Source: a virus
IMG/VR virus record: IMGVR_UViG_3300023174_000080
Location: 1 to 64,000 of that record
DNA: 64,000 nucleotides
Reading direction: 5' to 3' (one strand)
Within the stretch, counting starts at the first letter, position 1, and every line of letters starts with the position of its first letter. The position numbers were made by a program, and so were the translations under genes. Of this stretch, positions 35,092-46,470 are shown piece after piece. The notes under the pieces are model-generated. The model was not told the DNA's origin and ran no database searches. It saw only the letters and a program-made list of their open reading frames with translations.

Positions 35092-35386
35092 AGATAAAAA
35101 GCTTTTAGAGCATTATATTTTAGAAAGTACAAAAAATATTGAAAATGATAGAGCATTAGCTAGTAAACTTTTAGTTGATTTAATGGAAAAAATGAATGAA
35201 TTAAAAGATGAAAAATATACACATAAAAATTATGGTGAAATAGCCGCCATGTATCTTGAAACTCTACAGCGCTCTAATGAACAAATGGTAAAATTAGCGT
35301 CTATAGTACAACGTCAAGAAGGTGGCAAAGAAGGAATGTCTAAAAAAGAAAGAGACGAAATATTTGATTTAATTAAGGAGGGATAA
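35084..35386 (+). CDS. Hypothetical protein
   Basis: 100-aa helical ORF. Confidence 0.65.
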   Translation: MSEDKKLLEHYILESTKNIENDRALASKLLVDLMEKMNELKDEKYTHKNYGEIAAMYLETLQRSNEQMVKLASIVQRQEGGKEGMSKKERDEIFDLIKEG

Positions 35387-35390
35387 AGAT

Positions 35391-35927
35391 TTGTCTAGAT
35401 CAACAGAAATAGGAATGGTTGAAGATCCTATTACGCCTCATATAGATTTAACTTCTACTACTTTTTGGGATGCAATAACAAAAGTTTTTGCTGATACCTA
35501 CACTCCAAATGAATTACCAACAAGATTTTCTGGTAAAATTTGTAGAGTTGAGAGCGATCCTTCTAAATTTAATGGCAACGCACAAAGCCAAATGTTCAAA
35601 GAAATGAACATAAACAATACTCAATGTAAAGTATGGCTAGAGGGAGGAGTATATAAAATTTACTGTAAACCAGAAACATTTGATAATACGCCAGAAGATA
35701 GATGTATAATAAATAATCTTCCTGATATTCCTTTAGCTAAAGAAAAATTTGATGGTCTAGTAGATAGAGGACAGAGTGTTTCTGTATCATCAGCTTCTTC
35801 TACAAGTTTAGAAGGTTTAGTAGTAGATTATTCATATACAGAAAAAAGTAATGGAGAAAGATGCTTAGGAGATGAGACAACTAGTAAACCTAGTTCTGCT
35901 TTCGCTAATAAATCTCCTCAACCATAA
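35391..35927 (+). CDS. Hypothetical protein (structural module)
   Basis: ORF with AAGGAGG SD, TTG start. Confidence 0.6.
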   Translation: MSRSTEIGMVEDPITPHIDLTSTTFWDAITKVFADTYTPNELPTRFSGKICRVESDPSKFNGNAQSQMFKEMNINNTQCKVWLEGGVYKIYCKPETFDNTPEDRCIINNLPDIPLAKEKFDGLVDRGQSVSVSSASSTSLEGLVVDYSYTEKSNGERCLGDETTSKPSSAFANKSPQP

Positions 35928-35935
35928 TAAATCAT

Positions 35936-36814
35936 ATGTCAAACAATAAAGGTCCAGCAGATCCAAATCCTAATTGTAATAACGGTTATAGAAATTCAGT
36001 TTTAAAAGAGCCTTTACCACTAAGGCTCTGGTCGGCAGGCGAAAAGGTAATAGAAGGAGCGAATAACGCTTTTATAGTTTTAGGTAGAGATCGTCCTGCT
36101 GGTTTAGATTCTGGCTATGGTGCTGGTGGAGATCATAAAGCAGGGATGATAGAAATATGTGTTGGTGCATTTGGTGCAGCAGACGCTAACAGTTTAAATG
36201 GGTATGTAGATCCTAATGTTGGCGCTGATGCAGCAAAAATTTATATAAGTCAAAAAGCTGATATTGATGATTATTTCTTTTTAGCTAGTGGTAAAAGCGG
36301 TAAAAGCATTGCTAGATCAGCAATAGCATTAAAGGCTGATGATATAAGAATTATAGGAAGAAACACTATAAAGATTGTTAGTAATTGCGATGCTGTTCTT
36401 TCAAACAATGAACCATCTTATAGTACTTTGGGAGTACAAATAATAGCAAATAATGATGATAAATCTTTAGAGCCTATGCCAAAAGGTTTAAAGCTAAATA
36501 AAGCCTTTGAACAATTAAGCAAAAATATCATACAAATTATTGGCACAATACAAAAATTTATGAATATTCAAAGAGATTTTAATTATCTAGTCTCGCAGCA
36601 TACTCATTTTGAAAATTTCATGGTTTCTCCAGTGCCTGTTTCAGTTAGTCCTTCTTTAGCTACTAATGGAATAGATGTCATTTTACAGTTATTAAAAGAA
36701 GTAGAGGCTGATTTGAGAATTGAAACTGCCAATTTCACAAGTTGGGAAAATGCTTATATAAATCCTGCGTCTACGTCTACATATATAAACAGTGTTTATA
36801 ATTATGTAAATTAA
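35936..36814 (+). CDS. Putative baseplate hub/spike-associated protein
   Basis: Beta-rich IVLGRDRP...AAKIYISQK..ID...ALKADDIRII; position upstream of gp25-like gene. Confidence 0.5.
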   Translation: MSNNKGPADPNPNCNNGYRNSVLKEPLPLRLWSAGEKVIEGANNAFIVLGRDRPAGLDSGYGAGGDHKAGMIEICVGAFGAADANSLNGYVDPNVGADAAKIYISQKADIDDYFFLASGKSGKSIARSAIALKADDIRIIGRNTIKIVSNCDAVLSNNEPSYSTLGVQIIANNDDKSLEPMPKGLKLNKAFEQLSKNIIQIIGTIQKFMNIQRDFNYLVSQHTHFENFMVSPVPVSVSPSLATNGIDVILQLLKEVEADLRIETANFTSWENAYINPASTSTYINSVYNYVN

Positions 36815-36822
36815 GGAATATA

Positions 36823-39800
36823 ATGTATAATTTAAATATAAGAAAATATCCTGCATTTCCTACGGTTGCCACCCATACAGTTGTTGGGAGCAAATTTTTT
36901 ATTGAATCACAAGAAAATTTACCTGCAATTCCATTAGTGATTGATAGAAATACAAAAACTCTAGATAATGTAGAAGTAACATTACTTGATTATGGTTTAG
37001 GATATAATGGTTTATGGAGTAGAGTCTATGTTCATAATCAAGATGGTTCTAAAACACTTGGATATGTAATGACTTCTGGTTTAGTAGAAAAACCAGAAGC
37101 AAAATTAAATCCTTTATTTGAGTATAATCCAGATAATAGTTTAGCCTCAAAATTAGTAGAAGGAATAGATTGGAAAAAAGCAACTCCGCAAACTTCTATT
37201 GATGATGAAAAGAACGGTTGTAAAATAGTCGTGTGGGAATTTCCAGAAGTCACTGATTTTCAAAATGTTGATTTAAGCGAAAAATTAGCTGAAGCATACG
37301 AAAAAGGCGTAAAATTTCTTCTCAGTGAACAAGGATATAGCTTAAGGCAAAAAGATAAAGTAAATAAACTACTTTATGGCTATTATGCTTTTGCAAGAGC
37401 GGAAGAATTTAGCATAGATCCTCGTCCGTGCTCTTGTTTAAAAGTTCTTGTAGCTATTTCTAAAAGATTTTTATTATCTAGCGCTATAGATTTAAATAAA
37501 AAAGAAAAAAATGAAGAATATGAAGATTTAGAAAAAACTATAGTAGAAGAAGAAACTGATGATCAAAACACTATCGAACCTATAAAATTTGTAGAAAAGA
37601 AATTTAATAATTTTAAAGAATTTAAAAAATTTTTTTGTATATTAGGCGGCACAATAGCTACCTATAATTCCGTTTTAGAACAAAAGGAATGGGATTTAGG
37701 AGAAGCGACTTTAAATTTTCAAGACGAATTCTCAGATATAAAAAAATATTTTAAGATCATAGGACAATTTTTAAGATTAAACAGCCCAAAGTCATTTGTT
37801 ACAGAAGATAAAATAGGAGAATTTATTGCTACAGTATTTGCTGTAGATTTAGAATCTACCATAGAAAAATTTAGTTTACAAATTACACCTACTGATTATG
37901 CTGAATGGCGTGGAGATTTAACATTAGTCATTAATCCAAATAATTATTCTATAGCTAATATAATACATAATTTAGACGGAAAGCAAGTATCTTTAAATAA
38001 AGAATTATTAACATTTTTAAAAAATGAAACGATTCAAAACGGCACAATCGTTAATTATTTACTCACATTCAATCCAGATAAAGACGGACCAAACGATAAT
38101 GGTAAACAAATATTATTAAATAATTGGAATAATAATAATTTCAATTTATTTGATATAAACGATAGTACATCAATAAAAGGTGCTTTTTCTATTTATGGAG
38201 GAATTGCACCATTTTTAATGGATACATTTGATGGTCAAACACAGGTCTTTTTAAAAGATAAACACTATCCATCTATTGAAGCTACGCCTTTAGGATTAGA
38301 TATAGAAAATTGTATAACAACTGAAATCCAAAATTTACAAGATATAGCCAGAGATAAGCTTCCAGCAACAGCTGAATTATATGCTAAAAGGAAGCAAAAA
38401 GCAATAGACGAACAGCCAAAGATAGAAGCAAATGTTTTCTCTACTTCATTACTAGATTTAAGTAATGTAGTTGACCCAAACTTTAGAATTTTATTTGGCA
38501 TAGATGAACCACCCGGAGATAATAAAAAGCAAAAGTTTTTTAATTATGTAGCGGTTGCCCAATCTTTGGATTGGGCAAAATATTTAGCATTTGCTTCTCA
38601 GTGTTTATCAAAAAAAATAAATCCAAATGATTATCAAGAAATAATAAAGAAATACGGTTCTGCAAAAAAATTCATTGAAAATTTGTTATTAGCTACTTTG
38701 TGTAATCCATTTTTAACAAATGGCTTAAAAATAATTAACGGTTTTCAAATACCTACAATACAAACAAATAATTCCTTGCAGGCATTAGCTGAAGCAATTC
38801 AGCAAGGTATTATAGATTTATTAAAAGAAGTAATACAGGAAGGTATTAAAGCGGCTCTAAAAGCAGCCGCCGACGCTTGCGTAGATGATCCAAATGCAGA
38901 TTATGGAGGAGCCGCACCAGCTGACGGGGAAGATCCTTTTGAAGATCCTCTATCAGCGGCTATAGATGATCCAGACCTAAATGACTTATTAGGAGATCTT
39001 TTTGGAGATCTAAAAGATGATAAAGGTTTATTAGATGATGACGCTAAACAGGAAGCAAAAGATAAATTAAAAAATTTGCTTGATGATATTTCTTCTTGTT
39101 TGTCGGCAAATGAATTTTGTAGATTATTAAAAGGATATTCTGTTAATGATGAAGTAATACAATTTATAATGGCTTTGGCAAAAAGAAAATTTGGCCCACC
39201 ATTAAGTAATCGTTTTAATAATAAAGATTATATTTATCGTTTTTTTAAAACTTTAGGTTCTAAAATAGATTTAACTATTTGTGAAGATATATTAAATAAT
39301 GAAGTACCAAAAACAGCTAATTTATTATGTGATGATGGAAAATTACAAAATCTTAGAAGAAAGATATTAGAAGATACAAATTTACCAAAAGATGCAATAG
39401 ATGATTTATTAAATGCTCTTAAAGAAAAAGAAAAACAAAATTTAGAAAAAGTGTTAGGATTATTGAATTCAGATAATCCATTTGATTTTAGTAAAGCGCC
39501 TGACTTGCTATGCAGTATTCTACCAAATGGTCAAACTATAGCTCCTCCAAAAGAAAGCTATAACAAAATAATAGATGCTTTATTTGATCCTGTATATACA
39601 AAGTTTAATGAAGAAGCAGAAGAATGGTATAAAACCACTTATTCATTAAGTTCTTCTGCTCCACAAATGATGCGGTTTGATGAAGCTACTGGACAATTTG
39701 CTATAAATCAACAACAATCTACTGGAGCTTTAACTGATTTAATAAAAGCTAGCTTTGAATCAGATCCTGAGAAAAGAAAGAAAGCAAACAGTTTTGATGC

Positions 39801-42800
39801 CGCAACGGCAATTGGCGGCGGTGGAGGAAACTCTGGAATTAAATATCCTTCTTATATGTTTAAGGATGTATTCCAAAACAATAATTATTATTTAAATTAT
39901 TCTAGCAATGATAAATTATCAGTATTTAATTTTACCGCTTCTCTTAATGGTTATAAACAGCAAAAACTTGATGCTGCTCTAATAGGAGAAAATCTTAGAA
40001 ATAAGGTTTTACAAGCCGAAAAACCGCTTAAAGAAGCAGTTTCCAAATTACTTCTTTATTTTAATGCTAAATTTGTTGTAGAAGTGGCAAAAATGATACC
40101 AAGTGTTACTGAGGACGTGGCCGGTGCATCCTCAGTTGCCCTTGGATTTATGGAAGGCTTTAAAGCGCTAGGTGGGATAGCAGATTTTGTACGTATTTTA
40201 GATATGTATGTTAGAGGAAATGTAGTTAATCTGAATGAGCCAGTTTTAGCTAATGATTTAGATGCTTATTATAAACTTTTAGGTTTTGATAGCGCTCAAG
40301 AAGCTGCCGCTATATATTCTTCAGAAAGTGGTGTACCAATATATTATTTAATAGCAAAAACTTTTTTTGATGATGTAGGCCAATTAAAACCGGATCTAAG
40401 CCAACTTATAAATTATGTTACAACTATTAATACTGGTGAAAATAATTCTATAAATTCTAATATAGAACTTGCAGAAGGCTTAGTGGCTGATTTTCTAAAA
40501 GCTGGAAATTTATACAGAGAAGTAAAAAATTATTATTCTGTTGTTCTTAACACTCTAGTTGCATATCCAAATTATGATATTACATTAAATTCTGGTTTAA
40601 GCAGCTTAGAGATTCCGTTAAATAAAAAAATAATTTTACAAAATGAAGAGATAAAATTAGGCGATCAAACAAACGATACTTATACATTACAAACTTATTT
40701 TAATAATAATTTATATGATATTTACAATTTAGAAATAAAAAAGAATGGCAACAATCACTTAAAAATAAGTGAAACCATACCAGTATCTAAAAATATTTTA
40801 TCTTTTATAACAAAAGAATTAAAAATTGAATCTTTAGAAAATATTAAAAAACATGATATTTATAGTTCTTTTATAAATAAAAAAATAAAACAATATGGAA
40901 AAGATGAAGATTGTTTATTAATAGAAACTTCAAGAGAAGAAGCGATAACTTATGACACTAGTATATTTGATCAAAGAAGAATAAAAATTACAAGAAAAGA
41001 TTATATACAAAATTATAATAATGCTTCACAATATATTTTTAATAATATAAAATCTAACATTTTATCTACTAATGCAAAAACAAATAAATTTTTGTTTCTT
41101 AAATCACTAGCTACTGGAACTATACCAGATTCAGTTATTGCTTTAGAGAGTGGTTCTGATGGAATACCATATACTAAATTTTTAAAATTAGTAATTCCTG
41201 CTACACAGAATCAAATTCTTTGCAATGCTAGACCGCATTATTTAGATATTGATAATATAAAACAAGACACTAAGAAGGAACAACAAAAAAATAATTGCGC
41301 TGACAAAATTATAGATGATAAAATAGCTAAAGGATTACCTATAGATCCAAAAGAAATTGAAGAAATAGAAACAGATGAATCACAAAAAATAATGTCTAAA
41401 GGTATATATCAATTAGCCATAAGATTATTTTTACATGATTTGGTATTAAGAAGCATACCTGTATTTGGATATTATGATCCACAAACATTAAGAGATGAAA
41501 AGTTATTTTGTGACTTTTTATCTGATATGGTTGAAATAGAAATGAGAGGAATGGATAATACATTCTTTAGAATGTTATCTAATTATGTTTTCAAAGTATA
41601 TTTAAAACAAAATCCTTTAAAACAAGATGAAGTAATAACAGAATCTAAAAAAATTGATTTAAGAAGAAAAGCTTTGAGGGCGGCTGTAAAAGAAGAATTA
41701 AAATCTGCTGTATTGCCAAAGTTAGCTAAAAGAATTGATATTGATACAAATATTGATTTAATTAATTCTTATCCAAAAGATAAAACAATAAAATTAATTG
41801 ATATTTATGACGATATTCAAAACTTTAATCAATATATAAAATTCTATAATAATTCAATATATATAAAAATAATTGATAATAAATTAAAGAAATCAACAGA
41901 AACTTATTATATAAAAATTTTTCAAAGCAAAAGCTCGGATCCAAATAAAATATGGATGGATTTTGTATCTACTACGGAACATGATTTGTTATTTAAATAT
42001 TTATTCCCCGTTACTCAATATTTAACAACCATTTCTATTACATCTATTTTAGCTACTTCTACAAGAAAGCAAATAATTGATGCTTTTAGAGATACAAAGA
42101 AAAAGCTTATAAGAATAGCTAAATCGGTTCAAGCTAATGGAAGACAAATTAGTTTTGATCCAATGAATCCTCAAGATATGGAAAATAGTAATCCTTTAAA
42201 TGAGGTATGGAAATTTATTCTTACAGCTTTATTAAAGACGCCTTATAATATTGCTAAAGCGTTTGCAGAAGGAACAGAACCTAATTTAGCTATTATAACT
42301 ACAGTATTTAAACTAGCAAGAGCGTTTGAACCAAGATTACCGTCCCTATTGATACCAGCAGCTTCTATCCCATCGGCTTTATTGCCGCCACCAATAGGCT
42401 TCTTACCAGCAGTTAACCCAATACTGTTCTGGATATATCACGCTACTCTAATGTGGTTCGATGATCCATATAAGGATATTCTAGAATCTAGTAAACAGCA
42501 GTTCTTTGATCAATTAAGTAATGGTAATATGTCTAACGTAAATTGTGACGATGTAATCAATCAAGATCGTTTCTATTTAGATAAAAATAATAAACCAGTA
42601 ACTATAGAACCAATAAGTGGAAAATATGACTTATATTATGGCAAAGGTTATGAAGCTGGTTCTTTAAAAACTATAGAAGATATTTTAAAGGATACAGAAA
42701 AACAACAAAAAGCTAGAGCAGATGCTGAAGCAAAAAAGGCTAATGAAAAATTAGAAGAAGAAAAGAGCGCAATAATTGATAGAAGGGACGCAAAAAACAA

Positions 42801-42816
42801 TCCAAAGAATAATTAA
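36823..42816 (+). CDS. Very large virion structural protein (1997 aa)
   Basis: Uninterrupted ORF immediately before gp25-like gene; SH3b-like N-terminal W.RV...GYV motif. Confidence 0.7.
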   Translation: MYNLNIRKYPAFPTVATHTVVGSKFFIESQENLPAIPLVIDRNTKTLDNVEVTLLDYGLGYNGLWSRVYVHNQDGSKTLGYVMTSGLVEKPEAKLNPLFEYNPDNSLASKLVEGIDWKKATPQTSIDDEKNGCKIVVWEFPEVTDFQNVDLSEKLAEAYEKGVKFLLSEQGYSLRQKDKVNKLLYGYYAFARAEEFSIDPRPCSCLKVLVAISKRFLLSSAIDLNKKEKNEEYEDLEKTIVEEETDDQNTIEPIKFVEKKFNNFKEFKKFFCILGGTIATYNSVLEQKEWDLGEATLNFQDEFSDIKKYFKIIGQFLRLNSPKSFVTEDKIGEFIATVFAVDLESTIEKFSLQITPTDYAEWRGDLTLVINPNNYSIANIIHNLDGKQVSLNKELLTFLKNETIQNGTIVNYLLTFNPDKDGPNDNGKQILLNNWNNNNFNLFDINDSTSIKGAFSIYGGIAPFLMDTFDGQTQVFLKDKHYPSIEATPLGLDIENCITTEIQNLQDIARDKLPATAELYAKRKQKAIDEQPKIEANVFSTSLLDLSNVVDPNFRILFGIDEPPGDNKKQKFFNYVAVAQSLDWAKYLAFASQCLSKKINPNDYQEIIKKYGSAKKFIENLLLATLCNPFLTNGLKIINGFQIPTIQTNNSLQALAEAIQQGIIDLLKEVIQEGIKAALKAAADACVDDPNADYGGAAPADGEDPFEDPLSAAIDDPDLNDLLGDLFGDLKDDKGLLDDDAKQEAKDKLKNLLDDISSCLSANEFCRLLKGYSVNDEVIQFIMALAKRKFGPPLSNRFNNKDYIYRFFKTLGSKIDLTICEDILNNEVPKTANLLCDDGKLQNLRRKILEDTNLPKDAIDDLLNALKEKEKQNLEKVLGLLNSDNPFDFSKAPDLLCSILPNGQTIAPPKESYNKIIDALFDPVYTKFNEEAEEWYKTTYSLSSSAPQMMRFDEATGQFAINQQQSTGALTDLIKASFESDPEKRKKANSFDAATAIGGGGGNSGIKYPSYMFKDVFQNNNYYLNYSSNDKLSVFNFTASLNGYKQQKLDAALIGENLRNKVLQAEKPLKEAVSKLLLYFNAKFVVEVAKMIPSVTEDVAGASSVALGFMEGFKALGGIADFVRILDMYVRGNVVNLNEPVLANDLDAYYKLLGFDSAQEAAAIYSSESGVPIYYLIAKTFFDDVGQLKPDLSQLINYVTTINTGENNSINSNIELAEGLVADFLKAGNLYREVKNYYSVVLNTLVAYPNYDITLNSGLSSLEIPLNKKIILQNEEIKLGDQTNDTYTLQTYFNNNLYDIYNLEIKKNGNNHLKISETIPVSKNILSFITKELKIESLENIKKHDIYSSFINKKIKQYGKDEDCLLIETSREEAITYDTSIFDQRRIKITRKDYIQNYNNASQYIFNNIKSNILSTNAKTNKFLFLKSLATGTIPDSVIALESGSDGIPYTKFLKLVIPATQNQILCNARPHYLDIDNIKQDTKKEQQKNNCADKIIDDKIAKGLPIDPKEIEEIETDESQKIMSKGIYQLAIRLFLHDLVLRSIPVFGYYDPQTLRDEKLFCDFLSDMVEIEMRGMDNTFFRMLSNYVFKVYLKQNPLKQDEVITESKKIDLRRKALRAAVKEELKSAVLPKLAKRIDIDTNIDLINSYPKDKTIKLIDIYDDIQNFNQYIKFYNNSIYIKIIDNKLKKSTETYYIKIFQSKSSDPNKIWMDFVSTTEHDLLFKYLFPVTQYLTTISITSILATSTRKQIIDAFRDTKKKLIRIAKSVQANGRQISFDPMNPQDMENSNPLNEVWKFILTALLKTPYNIAKAFAEGTEPNLAIITTVFKLARAFEPRLPSLLIPAASIPSALLPPPIGFLPAVNPILFWIYHATLMWFDDPYKDILESSKQQFFDQLSNGNMSNVNCDDVINQDRFYLDKNNKPVTIEPISGKYDLYYGKGYEAGSLKTIEDILKDTEKQQKARADAEAKKANEKLEEEKSAIIDRRDAKNNPKNN

Positions 42817-42831
42817 TTAGAGGAAAAATAA

Positions 42832-43206
42832 ATGCAAGGTTATTCACCAAAATTACCATTATTACAAAATGAAGAAGATGGGGTTTATAGTTTAAATAAA
42901 ACAATATTAGATACCGCAAGACAAAATTTAAAAATGCTCTTATTAACAAGTCCCGGCGAAAGATTAATGGATAAAAATTTTGGAGTTGGATTAAAAAACT
43001 ATATTTTTTCTCAAGACACCCGCGATGTTAGAAGTTCCATAGAAAGTAATATTTTAAAACAAGTTTCTAGATATTTAAGTTATATTACTATTAATGAAAT
43101 AATATTTTCTGAACCTAATTCTAATGATGAAAATATATTATTTTTAACTATTAGATATAGTATTCGTACTTTAAATACAAATGACGAGTTAAATATTACT
43201 ATATAA
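42832..43206 (+). CDS. Baseplate wedge protein, gp25-like
   Basis: QNLKMLLLTSPGERLMD.NFGVGL. Confidence 0.9.
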   Translation: MQGYSPKLPLLQNEEDGVYSLNKTILDTARQNLKMLLLTSPGERLMDKNFGVGLKNYIFSQDTRDVRSSIESNILKQVSRYLSYITINEIIFSEPNSNDENILFLTIRYSIRTLNTNDELNITI

Positions 43207-43232
43207 TCTAATTATGTTATTGAGGAAATAAC

Positions 43233-45038
43233 ATGTCTAAGAAAATAATACCTATTAAATACACAAGTAGAGATTTTCAATCTATAAAAAATGATTTAAT
43301 AGAGCACGCTAAAAGATACTACCCAGACTCTTATAAAGATTTTAATCAGGCAACATTCGGTTCTTTGATGCTAGATACTGTTTCTTATGTTGGTGATATT
43401 TTATCTTTTTATTTAGATTATCAAGCTAATGAGTCTTTTTTGGATACAGCGGCAGAATTTGAAAATATTATAAAACTTGGTAAACAAACTGGTTATAAAT
43501 TTGCTAGTGCAAATTCTTCAACTGGCGTTGCTACATTTTATATTTCCATCCCAGCTAACATAGATTCTTTGGGTCCAAATTATGATTATGCGCCAGTATT
43601 AAAAAAAGGTAGCACTTTTTCTACAAAAAATAATATAAAATTTATACTTAATGAAGATGTAAGATTCGATAATCCGCAAAATGAAAAAAGGCCAAGCTTA
43701 TTTGATCCTGTTACTGGTCGTCCGACATATTATGCTGTTAAAGCAAAAGGCAGTGTTATTTCAGGAGTAATAAGTTCGGAACAAATAACCATTGGAAGTT
43801 ACGAAAGATTTAAAAAGATTTCTTTGTCAGAATTGGATATTGTAGAAATACTATCTGTTTTTGATTCTGAAGGTAATGAATACTATGAAGTTGATTATTT
43901 ATCACAAAATATTATTTATAAATCAATTACTAATAGAGATCCAAATTCTTCCATATTAGCAAAAGAAATATTAAAGCCTATTTTAGTACCAAGAAGATTT
44001 TCTGTAGATAGAAGCCTAAGAACTACTTCATTGCAGTTTGGGGCTAGCTCAGATGTTGTAGTAGATTCAGAAAATAACATGGTTGCTGAACCAACTAACG
44101 TAGTACTAAATATATTTGGAAAAGAGTATATTTCAAATGATAATTTTGATCCAACAAAATTATTAAATAGTGATAAGTTTGGTATTGCTCCATCTAATAC
44201 AGTTTTAACTGTCACTTATAGATATAATAACTCAAATAGTCCAGTTAATTTTCCAATAAATTCTTTAAATAAAGTGATTGGACCCATTTTTGAATTTGCT
44301 AATGAACAACAATTAGATAGATTAGTATTAGAAGCGGTTAGAAATAGCCTAGAAGCCAATAACGATACTGCTTTATTAGGTGATACCGATATTATTGATT
44401 CTGATGAACTAAAGAGAAGAATTGAAAATTCGTTTTCTTCACAAAGCAGAGCGGTAACTGCTCAAGATTATATATCATTAGTATATAATATGCCAAGAAA
44501 GTTTGGTTCTGTTAAAAGAGCGGCAATATATAGAGATGATAATTCATTAAAAAGAAACTTAAATCTATTTGTTTTATGCGAAGATCAAGATGGTTTATTA
44601 ACTGCTCCTAATCAATTAGTAAAAAATAATATAAAAACTTGGTTATTACGTAATAAAATGATTAATGATACAATAGATATTTTAGATGGTAAAGTTGTAA
44701 ATTATGGTATCAATTTCGTTGCAGTTGGCAATAGCGGAATGTCAAAATATGATATTTTAAATGATGCTATTAATCAATTAAAAGCTGATTTGTCGATGAC
44801 ACCAGACTTTGGTGAGCAACTATCTATATCAAATATCTACACTAGTCTTAAAAAGGTAAATGGAATAATAGATGTTGTATCGGTAGAAATAGTACCAAAA
44901 TTATTTGATACTTATTCCGATGCACAATTTGACTTTAAGAAAAATACAACATCTGACGAAAGATATATTAATGTTCCATTAAATGTTGTCATGGAATTAA
45001 AATATCCAGATAGCGATATAAAAGGAACTATATTGTAA
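43233..45038 (+). CDS. Baseplate wedge subunit, gp6/J-like
   Basis: YTSRDFQSIK..L, SYVGDILSFYLD.QANE.FL.TA, RAVTAQDY. Confidence 0.88.
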   Translation: MSKKIIPIKYTSRDFQSIKNDLIEHAKRYYPDSYKDFNQATFGSLMLDTVSYVGDILSFYLDYQANESFLDTAAEFENIIKLGKQTGYKFASANSSTGVATFYISIPANIDSLGPNYDYAPVLKKGSTFSTKNNIKFILNEDVRFDNPQNEKRPSLFDPVTGRPTYYAVKAKGSVISGVISSEQITIGSYERFKKISLSELDIVEILSVFDSEGNEYYEVDYLSQNIIYKSITNRDPNSSILAKEILKPILVPRRFSVDRSLRTTSLQFGASSDVVVDSENNMVAEPTNVVLNIFGKEYISNDNFDPTKLLNSDKFGIAPSNTVLTVTYRYNNSNSPVNFPINSLNKVIGPIFEFANEQQLDRLVLEAVRNSLEANNDTALLGDTDIIDSDELKRRIENSFSSQSRAVTAQDYISLVYNMPRKFGSVKRAAIYRDDNSLKRNLNLFVLCEDQDGLLTAPNQLVKNNIKTWLLRNKMINDTIDILDGKVVNYGINFVAVGNSGMSKYDILNDAINQLKADLSMTPDFGEQLSISNIYTSLKKVNGIIDVVSVEIVPKLFDTYSDAQFDFKKNTTSDERYINVPLNVVMELKYPDSDIKGTIL

Positions 45039-46468
45039 TGTCTATAAAAAAATATATTGCTAGTAAAGATAATACTATAACTAATGCTTTTATGGAGAAT
45101 TTAATTAAGCGTGGAACCGATGCCAATATGGGTGCATCCGATTCATTAGAAGTATTTTCTATCTACGCTCAAGCTTCAACTTCTTCTCTAGAAAACACTA
45201 GAATGCTAGTACAGTTTCCTATAAATGAGATTTCTGCAAGTAGATTCTCAGGCTCTTTACCCGCTAGCGGAAATGTATCATTTTATTTACGTTTATATAA
45301 CGTTGAACATCCTTTTTCTGTACCAAGAAATTTTACTTTAACTATTAATCCAGTTTCTAAATCTTGGGAAGAAGGCTATGGATTGGACATGGAAGGTTAT
45401 ACTGATAGAGGCTTTGTGTCTGGTTCCGGCGGTTATGGAAGCACATGGATAATGGCTGGAAGTTCATCAATGTGGTTGAATCAAGGCGGTGATTATATTA
45501 CTGGTTCAGGATATGATTACGAATACTTTTTTACTAGCGGGCTAGAAGATATAGAGCTAAATATAACCTCTTTAACCGAAAAATGGTTATCTGGTGAATT
45601 ACAAAATAATGGATTATTAATCAAACTTTCATCATCTTTAGAAGATGGTTCAAGAAAAGAAAGTTTCTATACAAAGAAGTTTTCTGCGCGAGGATCAGAA
45701 TTCTACATGCGTAGACCCTGCTTAGAAGCTCGTTGGGATCCATCTGTAACTGATGATAGAAATAACTTCTATGCTTCTAGTAGTCTATTGTCGCCAGATG
45801 ATAATAAAATGAATATATATTTTTATAATAAAATAAATGGTAAATTAAAAAACATATATTTAAATCCCATTCCAGTTGTTAAATTCTTTACTGATGACAA
45901 TTATCTTTCTGAGATAAATCCAACGTATCTTACTGTTTCCAATCCAGAAGTAGGAATTTACAAGGCTACTGTTATTTTGGATACTACCGCTTCTGCTATA
46001 TACGAAAAATGGTGTAATCCATTATTAACTTCTAGTGTATATTTCTCTAGCTCTTTTGATGTTTTAAAAAGAGAAGCAGATATTAGCAGTGAGATGAATC
46101 AATATGTAATTAATATTAAAAATATGAAGTCTTCATATATGCAAAATGAACAGGCAAGATTTAATATTTTTGTTCGTGAGCGTGATTGGCAGCCAAATAT
46201 TTACACAGTAGCATATAATAATGTAGAAAATACATCAATTCCTAATTTATATTATAAAATTTTTAGATTTAATGATAATTATACAGTAGTTGATTATTCC
46301 ACAGGTTCTATAGCATATACTAAAACTTCATATGATTCAAATGGAAATTATTTTGATTTAGATATGAATATTCTTGAAAAAGATTATGGATATGGTATAA
46401 AATTAGCTTTGTGGGATGGCGTACAATTATCAGAATTCAAAGAAACATTTAAATTTAGGGTTGATTAA
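45038..46468 (+). CDS. Virion structural protein (DNRLRE-like beta domain)
   Basis: ASKDNTI, N.GASDSLE, W.EG.G, NNGLLIK, KKFSAR..P.LE.RW. Confidence 0.6.
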   Translation: MSIKKYIASKDNTITNAFMENLIKRGTDANMGASDSLEVFSIYAQASTSSLENTRMLVQFPINEISASRFSGSLPASGNVSFYLRLYNVEHPFSVPRNFTLTINPVSKSWEEGYGLDMEGYTDRGFVSGSGGYGSTWIMAGSSSMWLNQGGDYITGSGYDYEYFFTSGLEDIELNITSLTEKWLSGELQNNGLLIKLSSSLEDGSRKESFYTKKFSARGSEFYMRRPCLEARWDPSVTDDRNNFYASSSLLSPDDNKMNIYFYNKINGKLKNIYLNPIPVVKFFTDDNYLSEINPTYLTVSNPEVGIYKATVILDTTASAIYEKWCNPLLTSSVYFSSSFDVLKREADISSEMNQYVINIKNMKSSYMQNEQARFNIFVRERDWQPNIYTVAYNNVENTSIPNLYYKIFRFNDNYTVVDYSTGSIAYTKTSYDSNGNYFDLDMNILEKDYGYGIKLALWDGVQLSEFKETFKFRVD

Positions 46469-46470
46469 AT